The notes below the pieces were generated by a model. That model did no database searches, was not told where the DNA came from, and saw only the letters and a list, made by a program, of their open reading frames with translations. A stretch of 64,000 nucleotides of DNA from a virus, in IMG/VR virus record IMGVR_UViG_3300025030_000045; one strand, 5' to 3'. The translations under genes were made by a program, and so were the position numbers. Position 1 is the stretch's first letter. Each line of letters starts with the position of its first letter. This document shows positions 1 to 8,513 of this stretch, piece after piece.

Positions 1-72
1 CAGCCTGCTTTAATTAGCAGACAACGATTTGGGTGGTCAGAGCACCCAATACAAATTCAAAAGGATTAAGCG

Positions 73-465
73 ATGTCAACACCCAGTCAGGAAAGAGAAA
101 TTGATAAGGAATATCTTGACGAAAATCCGGAGTGTTACTTTGTCTTCGGAGACAATACCATCCGCAAAGGATGTGGTGGTGCAGCAATCCTTCGGTTCCA
201 TAAACAGGCTATCGGATTCATAACGAAGATTCTCCCAACCCATGATGACCGTGCTTATTATCGGCCAGAAAATTACGAAGCGGTTTTTGGGCGCGAATTA
301 TCAAAGATCACCGCAAGAATTATTGCGGAACCCGATAAGACGTTCCTCATCTCTCGCCTCGGCGGCGGATTGGCAAATAAATACGGCATCTATGAGGCGA
401 TCATCAAAGACGGAATCCGCGTCCTCGCCAAATATCCCAATGTCGAATTTCTCTGGGAAGATTAA
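73..465 (+). CDS. Conserved phage protein, possibly macro-domain-like
   Basis: FVFGDN...GxGGAA...AIG motif and a C-terminal LGGGLA; SD-like AGGA upstream. Confidence 0.5.
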   Translation: MSTPSQEREIDKEYLDENPECYFVFGDNTIRKGCGGAAILRFHKQAIGFITKILPTHDDRAYYRPENYEAVFGRELSKITARIIAEPDKTFLISRLGGGLANKYGIYEAIIKDGIRVLAKYPNVEFLWED

Positions 466-472
466 ATAAACA

Positions 473-501
473 TTGACATTCGTGCTTCATCCTTGTATAA
501 T
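473..501 (+). promoter_or_regulatory. sigma70-type early promoter
   Basis: TTGACA-17nt-TATAAT; similar elements recur near 3696, 6058, 11339, 14828, 17984, 19949, 24127, 27399, 31454, 34533, 38683, 51476 and 54571. Confidence 0.8.
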
Positions 502-540
502 ACAAGAATCAAATAACCCAACACAGAAGGAGATCAACAG

Positions 541-777
541 ATGGCAAACGAAGCCCGCCTCATCGGTGGAAACAAATGGGAACGCGTTAATTCGTATCAC
601 ACCGGTGCAGAGCGCGTGAGTCCGCACAAGATCACCGTAAAGAAGTTCTTTGAGACAAACGGTCAGTTCCAATCGGCATGTGAAGTTGCCGGTGTCAAAG
701 TTACTCGGCGCCAGGCAAGCAAGTGGCTCAACGGTAAGGGTTCGGCCTATGCCAACCGCGGATCGGTGGTGCGCTAA
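541..777 (+). CDS. Hypothetical protein
   Basis: AAGGAG SD downstream of a consensus promoter. Confidence 0.6.
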   Translation: MANEARLIGGNKWERVNSYHTGAERVSPHKITVKKFFETNGQFQSACEVAGVKVTRRQASKWLNGKGSAYANRGSVVR

Positions 778-1040
778 TGAGAAAGTTAATCATCGTCGCA
801 CTAATGGCCCTCGCAATTTCCGGTTGCGGTACGATCGAACGAACCTACGATCAAGAAAATTATGAGAGCCTCTCGAACGAAGAAGGTACGCTGCATCTTG
901 TCGGTCCGGGTATGACGGATTATAAGGTTGTGCCCAATGCCAAGATCATTTACTCCAATGCAGATTCGATGGCGGTATTCTATAAAGTCGCCGGGAAGAA
1001 ATTTTATTGGCAGGGATTCGTCTGGATGGAAATTGATTAA
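777..1040 (+). CDS. Putative lipoprotein
   Basis: MRK, hydrophobic stretch, then ISGC lipobox. Confidence 0.65.
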   Translation: MRKLIIVALMALAISGCGTIERTYDQENYESLSNEEGTLHLVGPGMTDYKVVPNAKIIYSNADSMAVFYKVAGKKFYWQGFVWMEID

Positions 1041-1048
1041 TTCCTTCT

Positions 1049-1123
1049 GCCCGGTTGGGTGATCGGTTGAGCCACCGGACTCTAAATCCGGCAAGATGGG
1101 TTCGATTCCCATACCGGGCACCA
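1049..1123 (+). tRNA. Amber suppressor tRNA, anticodon CUA
   Basis: Cloverleaf with acceptor GCCCGGT/ACCGGGC, anticodon arm CCGGA-CTCTAAA-TCCGG, T arm ATGGG-TTCGATT-CCCAT, A73 and encoded CCA. Confidence 0.88.
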
Positions 1124-1134
1124 AAGGAAATAAT

Positions 1135-1329
1135 ATGACGAACGGCGCATTCAACCAAATTTCAACATATCATGAAATGTTTGTTGCTATGATGAACATT
1201 AGAAATGATTACCAAGAAACATGGTCATCAATGTCACCACACGATTTCTGTTGTATTATTATGAAAGAAACGCGTGGACATCTGAATCCGAACGTGGTGA
1301 TGGAATTCATCGTGGGTATGAATAAATAA
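1135..1329 (+). CDS. Small hypothetical protein with weak resemblance to the GatB/YqeY C-terminus
   Basis: AAGGA SD; IMKETRGHLNPNVV. Confidence 0.45.
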   Translation: MTNGAFNQISTYHEMFVAMMNIRNDYQETWSSMSPHDFCCIIMKETRGHLNPNVVMEFIVGMNK

Positions 1330-1353
1330 TATTCCAAAAAGAAAGGACGGTGA

Positions 1354-1401
1354 ATGACTATGCGCAATCTCTAGGTGAATCCTTATAGCAACCCGCCTTG
1401 A
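1354..1401 (+). other. Mini-ORF with in-frame amber: MTMRNL(TAG)VNPYSNPP(TGA)
   Basis: GAAAGGA SD upstream; TAG at 1372-1374, TGA at 1399-1401. Confidence 0.4.
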
Positions 1402-1474
1402 CAAGTTTACTTTATTGGCCCGTTTGATTTTTTCTATAAACTACCACTATTAAGTAAACCCAAGGAGATAAGCT

Positions 1475-1864
1475 ATGAGCGAAAACAAATTTTTCTTTCA
1501 AGATAAATCACAGTATGAAAATTTCATCGGTTCATGGAAAACGGCAACGAATTCCGAAATGAAACACAGATTAACGGTTGAACATTTTGTTCTCTATAAA
1601 ATGTTCAAGGGGCAAGATTGGACGAAGTGTTTTTGTCCTGCCACGAATCTCATTAAAATGCGATCACAAGGCAAGTCTTCCCCATATCACGCAGCCAACG
1701 AAGCAATGAGGAACATTGAATATGCGCAGACGCACAAATGGATCGCCGAAAACATGCTCAAACCCTTTGGAGGGAGTCTTACCTTTGAAGAGTTTCAGTC
1801 TCTTACAATCCCTACCAATCCTGAAGAACATTTCGGGTGCCATGCGGCGGTGGCAAATGCGTAA
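1475..1864 (+). CDS. Hypothetical protein
   Basis: AAGGAG SD; overlaps the next gene. Confidence 0.65.
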   Translation: MSENKFFFQDKSQYENFIGSWKTATNSEMKHRLTVEHFVLYKMFKGQDWTKCFCPATNLIKMRSQGKSSPYHAANEAMRNIEYAQTHKWIAENMLKPFGGSLTFEEFQSLTIPTNPEEHFGCHAAVANA

Positions 1865-2195
1865 TATTCCTTATACATATTGCTTCCTACGTGAAGACCT
1901 CAGCCAAGCTGCTTCCATTATCCAGGCGGCTCACGCTAACTTTGAACTCGGCCTGCGTTTGACCGACGAGGAAAAGCCGACAAGGACCGCTCATATGGTT
2001 CTTCTGGGTGTGTCGGGGGAAAAAGAGTTGATCCGAATCCACGAACAATTGAAGGAAGACGGCATCAAGTCCCACATTTTCTTCGAACCCGATTATGACC
2101 TCGGCTACACAGCACTTGCAACCCAACCGCTTTATGGAAAGAATCGGAACAGGTTCAAGAATTTTCAGCTGTGGACCGCGCCTGTGAATACCTAA
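1857..2195 (+). CDS. Peptidyl-tRNA hydrolase (Pth2-like)
   Basis: LREDL...QAAHA...VLL...F.EPD...TALA motif pattern. Confidence 0.7.
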   Translation: MRNIPYTYCFLREDLSQAASIIQAAHANFELGLRLTDEEKPTRTAHMVLLGVSGEKELIRIHEQLKEDGIKSHIFFEPDYDLGYTALATQPLYGKNRNRFKNFQLWTAPVNT

Positions 2196-2217
2196 CAAAT
2201 TCAAATACTTTCCCTTT

Positions 2218-2254
2218 AAAATGCTCGGGCAGAAATGCTCGGGCATTTTTTTTT
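2218..2254 (+). terminator. Intrinsic terminator
   Basis: ATGCTCGGGCA-GAAA-TGCTCGGGCAT stem with G:U pairs, followed by a T-run. Confidence 0.7.
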
Positions 2255-2353
2255 CTAATTTATTTACTTTTTCCTATTGACATACAACCAGCCTATGTTA
2301 AATTATAATTACACAATGATTAAAAAGGAAAAATTAAAAAAAGATTGTTAAAG

Positions 2354-2509
2354 AAAATAAAAAATGATTATTTAGAAAAAAATGATTGACATTCTCAAAA
2401 AGCTATATACAATATAATCAACACGATGATTCAACGGCACAAAATAAAAAAATGATTATTTGGAAAAAAGTTGTTTGACTTGTAAAAACATAGTATACAA
2501 TATAATCAA
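2354..2509 (+). repeat. Tandem duplicated A-tract-rich promoter-like unit
   Basis: Two imperfect copies of AAAATAAAAAATGATTATTT.GAAAAAA...TTGAC...TATACAATATAATCAA about 88 nt apart. Confidence 0.65.
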
Positions 2510-2586
2510 GATTAACAAAAAATGATTCATCCGCGCTGGGCGGTATTGAACATTCCAACGAACCAACAAACGAAAGGAGCTAGGCC

Positions 2587-3342
2587 ATGATTAAGAAAGA
2601 AATTTTGATTGCTGAAGCGGAGATTATTTCCAAACTGATGGGCAAAGGACAGTCCATTGCGGTTAGCCCGATCGAAAAGGGGCATTGGATGGTTCAGCTG
2701 CTCCGCGGTACGAAACCGATCCGCACCTTGAAAGACGATCTTCGCAACCGCGCCGAATGCAAAATTTTCCTTGACGGCATCCACACCCACATCGCACTGG
2801 GCTTCGCCAAGCCGCTCATCGAACTGACGAAAGCCGGCCTGACCGCCGACACCAAACACAAGCAGGACGAACTCCTCGCCAAGGAACGCGGCAAGGAAGC
2901 TCCCGAAAAGGCGCCCCGCTTGATGAAGGCTCCCCACGGTCTCAAGCTCAACAACGAACCGAAGAAAAAGCCCGGTCCGTTGCCCCTCGTCGGCAACCGC
3001 GCGCCTGATGCCAATGCTCCCTGGGGTTACAAGGCCGACGGCGTTACGCCGCGAGTGAAACCCGGCCCGAACAAAAACAAAGAGCCGAAGGTTGCTAAAC
3101 CCGTGAAAGAAAAGGTTGAAAAGGTTGCCGCGGCCGCCAAACCGGCAAAGGAACCTCGTGCCAAGAAGGCAAAGGTCTTGACCGAAGCCGATCTTATGGC
3201 AACCCACCTTCCGGGAGCCCTTGCCAACCACAAGATCGGATGCAAATGCGGCGCCTGCGTCGTGGTCCGCAAGCGGATGCTCGCGGGGCAGCCTTACCCC
3301 GCGCCGAAGACCCCTGCTCGTCAGGTGGCCGCCACCCGCTAA
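2587..3342 (+). CDS. Lys/Pro/Ala-rich basic protein, probably early and nucleic-acid binding
   Basis: AAAGGAG SD, GC-rich codons, histone-H1-like KPAK stretch, C-terminal HxxxCxCxxC. Confidence 0.7.
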   Translation: MIKKEILIAEAEIISKLMGKGQSIAVSPIEKGHWMVQLLRGTKPIRTLKDDLRNRAECKIFLDGIHTHIALGFAKPLIELTKAGLTADTKHKQDELLAKERGKEAPEKAPRLMKAPHGLKLNNEPKKKPGPLPLVGNRAPDANAPWGYKADGVTPRVKPGPNKNKEPKVAKPVKEKVEKVAAAAKPAKEPRAKKAKVLTEADLMATHLPGALANHKIGCKCGACVVVRKRMLAGQPYPAPKTPARQVAATR

Positions 3343-3365
3343 ACCAACACAAACCACAATCACAC

Positions 3366-3410
3366 AGGGAAAAGGCGATCTTCGGGTCGCCTTTTCCCTT
3401 TTCTTTTCTC
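3366..3410 (+). terminator. Intrinsic terminator
   Basis: AGGGAAAAGGCGATC-TTCG-GGTCGCCTTTTCCCT followed by a T-rich tail. Confidence 0.85.
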
Positions 3411-3451
3411 TTGTGCAATAAATAATTGATAAAACTAAGGAGGTTACAAGA

Positions 3452-3673
3452 ATGCTAAAATTCGTAAATTCAGTCGGTGGTCTATGTACAATGTGTATAG
3501 CAGCATTATTGATGCTGTGGATGCTTTTGGGAGGCATTCCGTGGTATGTCAATTGGTTATCCGATTCGTCAATTCGGAGAGCCGAAAATGAGGCTATAAG
3601 GATCAGAGTTATCGGTGAGGCTCTTAAGCAAAACAAAGAGTACGTCGATTATCTTCATGCAAAGAATTTATAA
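3452..3673 (+). CDS. Small membrane protein
   Basis: AAGGAGG SD; one N-terminal TM helix. Confidence 0.6.
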   Translation: MLKFVNSVGGLCTMCIAALLMLWMLLGGIPWYVNWLSDSSIRRAENEAIRIRVIGEALKQNKEYVDYLHAKNL

Positions 3674-3777
3674 TTAACAACCAACAAATTTTCTATTGAC
3701 ATTTTCTTCCGTTTAGGTTAAAATAAAGCTTGCCTTTGCGGAAAATAGAATATAGAAAAACAAGAAAGGATTTTACG

Positions 3778-4104
3778 ATGATCGCTTTCCTTAAAGCAAT
3801 TAAAACCCGCATGGGCACTGGCCAATTCAATCTACTGTTCTCTGTTTTTGCAATTGCATTTACCATGGCTGCGGGTGCATTCGGTGGTAATATTAATATT
3901 GCTTCGCTGTGGGGCCTCTTCGCCGCAATGCTTAATAATGTGGCCCTTTACATGGTTATTATTTTCACTCTTCAATACTTTCAGTTTGGTAGTCAACGTG
4001 ATGTCAACGAAAGTATCTTCAAAGAAGGTAATGTTGCGGCTGGTGTATTCCAAGGCTGCATCGTAATCGGTATTGCAATCGTGATGTCGAGAGCAATGCT
4101 TTAA
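3778..4104 (+). CDS. Putative holin
   Basis: About three TM helices; immediately upstream of the endolysin. Confidence 0.6.
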   Translation: MIAFLKAIKTRMGTGQFNLLFSVFAIAFTMAAGAFGGNINIASLWGLFAAMLNNVALYMVIIFTLQYFQFGSQRDVNESIFKEGNVAAGVFQGCIVIGIAIVMSRAML

Positions 4105-4121
4105 ACAACAAAGGAAAATAT

Positions 4122-4790
4122 ATGAGAGTGTTCACAGTAGCAATTTTACTGTGGGCTCTTTTAATAAATGGATTTAAAGAAACAGCGTATGCTGTAGAAA
4201 AAACTACTAAAGAGCCCACCTACGTTAACTTCCCAAGCTTAGCCGTAAAGACAGCTGAATCATATCTGTATGTAAGAGAAAAAGGCGGGGCGAATCGTGG
4301 AAAGGAAGTTGATAAATTCCACAACTTCGCTGGCCTTCCCTACGGCAATCCTTGGTGTCTGATGTTTATCAATTATATTTGGCATGAATCAAGTCAGCCG
4401 TATCTCCTAAACTTTCCCCAACATCGTGGTGCAAGAGTTTCACGCTTTCTTCAGCATGCAATCAATCGCCCTTATGAATATAAGGTCATAACATCGAAGT
4501 CACTTGTTTACGGTGTCAACAAACTTGAGGCCGGGGATATGCCTATCTGGGTCAAGGGTGCGAATAAGACGATGCTAGACAACTTCAACGGGCATGTTGG
4601 TATTGTCACCAAACAACTTTCGTCTACTGCTTTTGAATCAATCGAGGGAAACACCAGTAGCGGCGCAGGAGGAAATCAGCGCGACGGTGACGGTGTTTAT
4701 CGCCGTGTTCGTATTATTGAAATGGGCTCGGATTTTCGCGTAGAGGCTTTCGTAAGACACATCTTTCCGAAGAAGGAAATCAAACAATGA
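4122..4790 (+). CDS. Endolysin, CHAP-type amidase/peptidase with N-terminal signal
   Basis: PWC...GHVGIV...SIEGNT motifs; hydrophobic N-terminus. Confidence 0.8.
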   Translation: MRVFTVAILLWALLINGFKETAYAVEKTTKEPTYVNFPSLAVKTAESYLYVREKGGANRGKEVDKFHNFAGLPYGNPWCLMFINYIWHESSQPYLLNFPQHRGARVSRFLQHAINRPYEYKVITSKSLVYGVNKLEAGDMPIWVKGANKTMLDNFNGHVGIVTKQLSSTAFESIEGNTSSGAGGNQRDGDGVYRRVRIIEMGSDFRVEAFVRHIFPKKEIKQ

Positions 4791-5161
4791 GCAAAAATGT
4801 ATCAATAGGAATATTCATTCTCGTAGTTGTTTTGTTTTTAACATCTGCCTTTTCAATCAATTCATATTTCGGTTTAAAAAGGCAGATCGACATTATGGTA
4901 TCAGAAAAGGATAAACAACAAAAGATCGCCGATGCGGAAAAGGATGCAGCTGTTATGGCGGAAAGAACAAGACTCGGCAAAGAACTTGAAGCAAAGACAG
5001 CAGAACTTGAGGTTGCAAATGATCGCATAAAGCAATTGATTAGAGAAATCCCAACACCGAATAGGAAGGAAATAGAAGCCAATGTTAAGAAACTTAGCGG
5101 TACTGCCGTTGCTGATAATTTTAACAATCTCGATTATGGTGCCGAACTTATCATACGCTGA
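4787..5161 (+). CDS. Putative inner-membrane spanin (Rz-like)
   Basis: N-terminal TM plus coiled coil, directly after the endolysin. Confidence 0.6.
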   Translation: MSKNVSIGIFILVVVLFLTSAFSINSYFGLKRQIDIMVSEKDKQQKIADAEKDAAVMAERTRLGKELEAKTAELEVANDRIKQLIREIPTPNRKEIEANVKKLSGTAVADNFNNLDYGAELIIR

Positions 5162-5504
5162 AGAAGGCGTATTCTTTAAAATAGACCAAGCAAAGAAGCT
5201 GTTGGCAGATCTTCAGTATTATAAAGAAGATTCGAAAGCTAAGCAGACCCTGATATCGCTTCTCCGTGTTGAGGTTTCTAATGACGAGAAAATCATCGAT
5301 AAACAAAAAACGATGATTAGTTTGTTGGAAGATAACACAGCTGATCTTCAAAGACAATCAGCTAATTTTAAATTACTGTATGAAGAGGAGAATGGTAAGG
5401 TTCAAAAATTAATCAAAGACCAACCGTCGAGGATGACCTGGTTTAGTTATGGTGCAGGTTCTGCGGGGACCGTCTTTCTTCTACTGGCAATAGCATTGTT
5501 ATAA
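5082..5504 (+). CDS. Putative second spanin component
   Basis: Overlaps the Rz-like gene; signal peptide, coiled coil and hydrophobic C-terminus. Confidence 0.5.
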   Translation: MLRNLAVLPLLIILTISIMVPNLSYAEEGVFFKIDQAKKLLADLQYYKEDSKAKQTLISLLRVEVSNDEKIIDKQKTMISLLEDNTADLQRQSANFKLLYEEENGKVQKLIKDQPSRMTWFSYGAGSAGTVFLLLAIALL

Positions 5505-5507
5505 ATA
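5500..5507 (+). promoter_or_regulatory. T4-type late promoter TATAAATA
   Basis: Exact consensus; also at 21557, 52262, 53205, 59240, 60462, 63020 and on the minus strand at 30059-30066. Confidence 0.7.
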
Positions 5508-5550
5508 ATTTTTTTAAATAAACCAAACAGAAATTGAAGGAGGTTACACA

Positions 5551-5754
5551 ATGAAAGAAAGTACTTTCAATCGTTTTTTCACACAGGCAAAAACAGGCAA
5601 GCAGACACTTAAGGTTTTTCTCGAGGGAGAATCTCGCGATGCCAAGAAGACAATGTTGACGGGTGTCATTACTGATTTTGATGAAGAAGATATCGTTTTG
5701 GGTGAGTGCTTGATTCCGCGTAATCGGATCATCTCAGCAACACCTTTTAGATAA
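5551..5754 (+). CDS. Hfq/Sm-like small protein
   Basis: N-terminal helix then LKVFL...LTGVITDFDEEDIVL...LIPRNRIIS, matching the Hfq Sm1/Sm2 pattern. Confidence 0.55.
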   Translation: MKESTFNRFFTQAKTGKQTLKVFLEGESRDAKKTMLTGVITDFDEEDIVLGECLIPRNRIISATPFR

Positions 5755-5777
5755 TCATCATTTAAGGAGATACAAGT

Positions 5778-6026
5778 ATGAAGCAGACAAGAACAGACCC
5801 TAATGCCGAATTTACTACGGTCCTTCAGGCTGAAGTAACAGGTACGACCGCCGACACTCTTATTGCCGTCACGGGCATGGAAGCAACGGATGTTATCGTT
5901 TCTGTTTATGGTGCAACTGCCGGCCCAGCACTAACAGATTACACACCAACTGCTTTTGCTGGTGGTTTCAAATGTACCGAAGATACATCAACCATTGCTC
6001 TATTGGTTACATACAAAAAACAGTAA
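5778..6026 (+). CDS. Small Thr/Ala-rich, probably structural protein
   Basis: AAGGAG SD; beta-rich composition; downstream of a late promoter. Confidence 0.5.
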   Translation: MKQTRTDPNAEFTTVLQAEVTGTTADTLIAVTGMEATDVIVSVYGATAGPALTDYTPTAFAGGFKCTEDTSTIALLVTYKKQ

Positions 6027-6123
6027 AGAATATTTTCATAAAAAATCATTATTCTTGTTGACATGGCCTTCTCCTATTGTTATATTCAATCCAACTACGG
6101 ATTAATAACAATAGGAGAAGGCC

Positions 6124-7332
6124 ATGTCAGTTTATACCGGGCGAATTCTTAAAGAGAACATCGGGTGGTTTGAAACCAAGATTGAACGCTTAAACAAGAA
6201 AGCGAAGAAGCTTGGCTGTCCGCCGATCGTGGTTGTCTTTAATGGGGAAGAGTTTGCCCCCGCCACGATGTATTATGATAATGCTCGTTTCGGTGAAATG
6301 GTTACACTCGTCAATGTTTCCGTTAGCGGCGAAAGCCCGAAGATCAACGGTTGGGAGTTGGCCGCGGTCGTCGTCCCGGTTAACACGGAAGATGGAAATA
6401 AGAACATCATCTTAACTGTTCCTGATTTCATCATTCCCGAAAGATTCCGCGCCAATGATACTTTCTGCGAACATTGCAATTCTCAACGTCGCAGAAACAA
6501 TGTATTCGTCCTCCATAATATCAACACCGATGAATTCAAACAAGTCGGTCGTTCTTGCATTGCTGATTTCCTCGGTCATGCTTCTCCTGAAAGTTTTATG
6601 TTTTCCGCGGGATGGCCGAGACAGTTCCAAGAAATGTTTGAGGAAGGCCTTGAATTTAAATGTGGTTATGTTGCTGAATACGGAACAAAGAATTTCTTGG
6701 CATACACCGCGGCGGTCATTGATGTCTGTGGATGGGTAAGTCGCGGTGCTGCTGCCGACAACCCCAATCTTGCGGCAACGGCCGATCGTGTTCTCCTCAA
6801 CATGTTTCCTCCTACCTCTTTAGATGAACCGATCACACCTGAACCCAAACACCACAAAGAAGCCGCCGATGTCATTTCATACTTCCGCAATCTCAAAGAT
6901 GTGAAGAATGACTACGTTCTAAACTGCATCGGTGCTGCTCATAAAGAGACTGTTAACCTCAGAACGATCGGACTTACGGCATCTTTGATATCTGCTTACC
7001 GCCGGGAAACGATAAAGATTGAAGAAAAGCAGAAACCCACTGTTGTAAGTCAACACATCGGTGAGGTCGGTAAGTTGATCGAGGTGAAGGCGACGTTTGT
7101 CTCTGCCCACATCTTTGAAGGTGAATTTGGTATGACCGGGTATCACAAGTTCATCGATGACTGTGGGAACAACATCGTTTGGAAAACAAAGGTCCTCGGC
7201 CTGGAGAAAGATGATCGCGTTATCCTTTCTGGTCGCGTTAAGTCTCATAATGAATTCCGCGGCATTAAGGAAACACAGATCACCAGAGCAAAAATCATTA
7301 GCACCCAAAATTCAAACGGTAAGTGGGATTGA
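6124..7332 (+). CDS. Conserved phage protein with Zn-binding motif and C-terminal OB-like domain
   Basis: CEHC...QVGRSC; C-terminal G.VKSH.EFRGIKETQITR. Confidence 0.6.
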   Translation: MSVYTGRILKENIGWFETKIERLNKKAKKLGCPPIVVVFNGEEFAPATMYYDNARFGEMVTLVNVSVSGESPKINGWELAAVVVPVNTEDGNKNIILTVPDFIIPERFRANDTFCEHCNSQRRRNNVFVLHNINTDEFKQVGRSCIADFLGHASPESFMFSAGWPRQFQEMFEEGLEFKCGYVAEYGTKNFLAYTAAVIDVCGWVSRGAAADNPNLAATADRVLLNMFPPTSLDEPITPEPKHHKEAADVISYFRNLKDVKNDYVLNCIGAAHKETVNLRTIGLTASLISAYRRETIKIEEKQKPTVVSQHIGEVGKLIEVKATFVSAHIFEGEFGMTGYHKFIDDCGNNIVWKTKVLGLEKDDRVILSGRVKSHNEFRGIKETQITRAKIISTQNSNGKWD

Positions 7333-7568
7333 TACAAATAAGGAGCATCAAATGAAAAAGAATATCATATACGGTTCCTGCACCTGTGGAAAATGGGGTT
7401 GGCCACCAGAAGGCTTTGATGAGAGAAAACACTTTATGAAATGTCCTTGTGGAAAAACCGCCTTTCTTCTTCATTCTGACCCCGAGGAAGCCGGTGATAC
7501 AGAACGCTATAGGGTCGAGCTTACATTGACGGCACAGAAGTAATATAACGAAGGTGGAGAAATAAAAC

Positions 7569-7940
7569 ATGGTTCAATTAACGAGTAATAATGAGGGCAT
7601 CGTTCGTGAAGCAATTAATGTTTTACGTGAACTTGCCATTGGAATCGGCATAAAAGAAACAAAGTACGGGCTATGCTACAATCTCTTCACAACACTGCGC
7701 ATACAAGAATTTCCCCGACCAGTCATTAACGAAGTCGGTAATATGATTAAAGTGGCCTTTATGGAATGGCCCCTCTGTTCTGGTGACAGAGCTTATCCAG
7801 TACCCGGTGGGAAAGCTCGATATTTTAATACAGCGGATAAATGGGTCGGCGAGAATGGGAACCGGCGTAAGGAACTCTGTGTGTTCTGCGCTGATTATCT
7901 TGAGAAGTTATTAGCGGAGGAAAATCATGCCACGATTTAA
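7569..7940 (+). CDS. Hypothetical protein
   Basis: GGAG SD; operon context. Confidence 0.55.
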   Translation: MVQLTSNNEGIVREAINVLRELAIGIGIKETKYGLCYNLFTTLRIQEFPRPVINEVGNMIKVAFMEWPLCSGDRAYPVPGGKARYFNTADKWVGENGNRRKELCVFCADYLEKLLAEENHATI

Positions 7941-8172
7941 AGGAAGTTTGTTAAGAAGTGATCTTGAGACATTAGAGGTAGAACCCGGTCGATGCGGTGA
8001 AGGTCTTTCTGTAAATGTTGAGGAAATTCCTGAAGGTTCAGTTAGAATCTTTGCCGAACCGGTATCCACTCACACTGGCGGCCAACAGGGTAAGCTCAAT
8101 ATAATTTCTTTTTCGCTCGGCCAATTTATCGGAAAAGAAGTAGATGTTATTATCATCCCAAGGGAGAAATGA
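7927..8172 (+). CDS. Hypothetical protein
   Basis: GGAGG SD; overlaps neighbours. Confidence 0.55.
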   Translation: MPRFKGSLLRSDLETLEVEPGRCGEGLSVNVEEIPEGSVRIFAEPVSTHTGGQQGKLNIISFSLGQFIGKEVDVIIIPREK

Positions 8173-8507
8173 AAATGAATTGTGCACGTTGTATAATCGA
8201 CTCCGATGATTTTGAAATGCCACCAAAGAGTGATCTTTTCGGCGATACTAAAAAACACTGCGGTGATAAATGTTGTCCGTCGTTTCAATCAGCTCTTTAT
8301 TATGCAGTCGTCATATCCGTTGGAAGATATAAGGGTTATGCCGCCACATACGTCGGTATTGGTAAAATGACCTTTTTTAATGAAGCGACAGACGATACAT
8401 TTATCACCGATCACAATTTAATCAAACAGGGACAGAATAATGAACCCTGTTGGATGGAGTTGTGTTGGAATGATTTCCTGGAATATATTGAAATGAAAGG
8501 TCTATAA
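8169..8507 (+). CDS. Hypothetical protein
   Basis: ATGA overlap with the upstream gene. Confidence 0.5.
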   Translation: MKMNCARCIIDSDDFEMPPKSDLFGDTKKHCGDKCCPSFQSALYYAVVISVGRYKGYAATYVGIGKMTFFNEATDDTFITDHNLIKQGQNNEPCWMELCWNDFLEYIEMKGL

Positions 8508-8513
8508 TATAAG

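Noticed and set aside
1049-1123. Pyrrolysine tRNA call
   Set aside because: It has A73, a canonical TTC and D-loop GG, and no pyl genes are present in the window
2527-3636. 369-aa minus-strand ORF, and similar long antisense ORFs at 11345-12214 and 15510-16565
   Set aside because: These are shadows of well-supported plus-strand genes and have no motifs of their own
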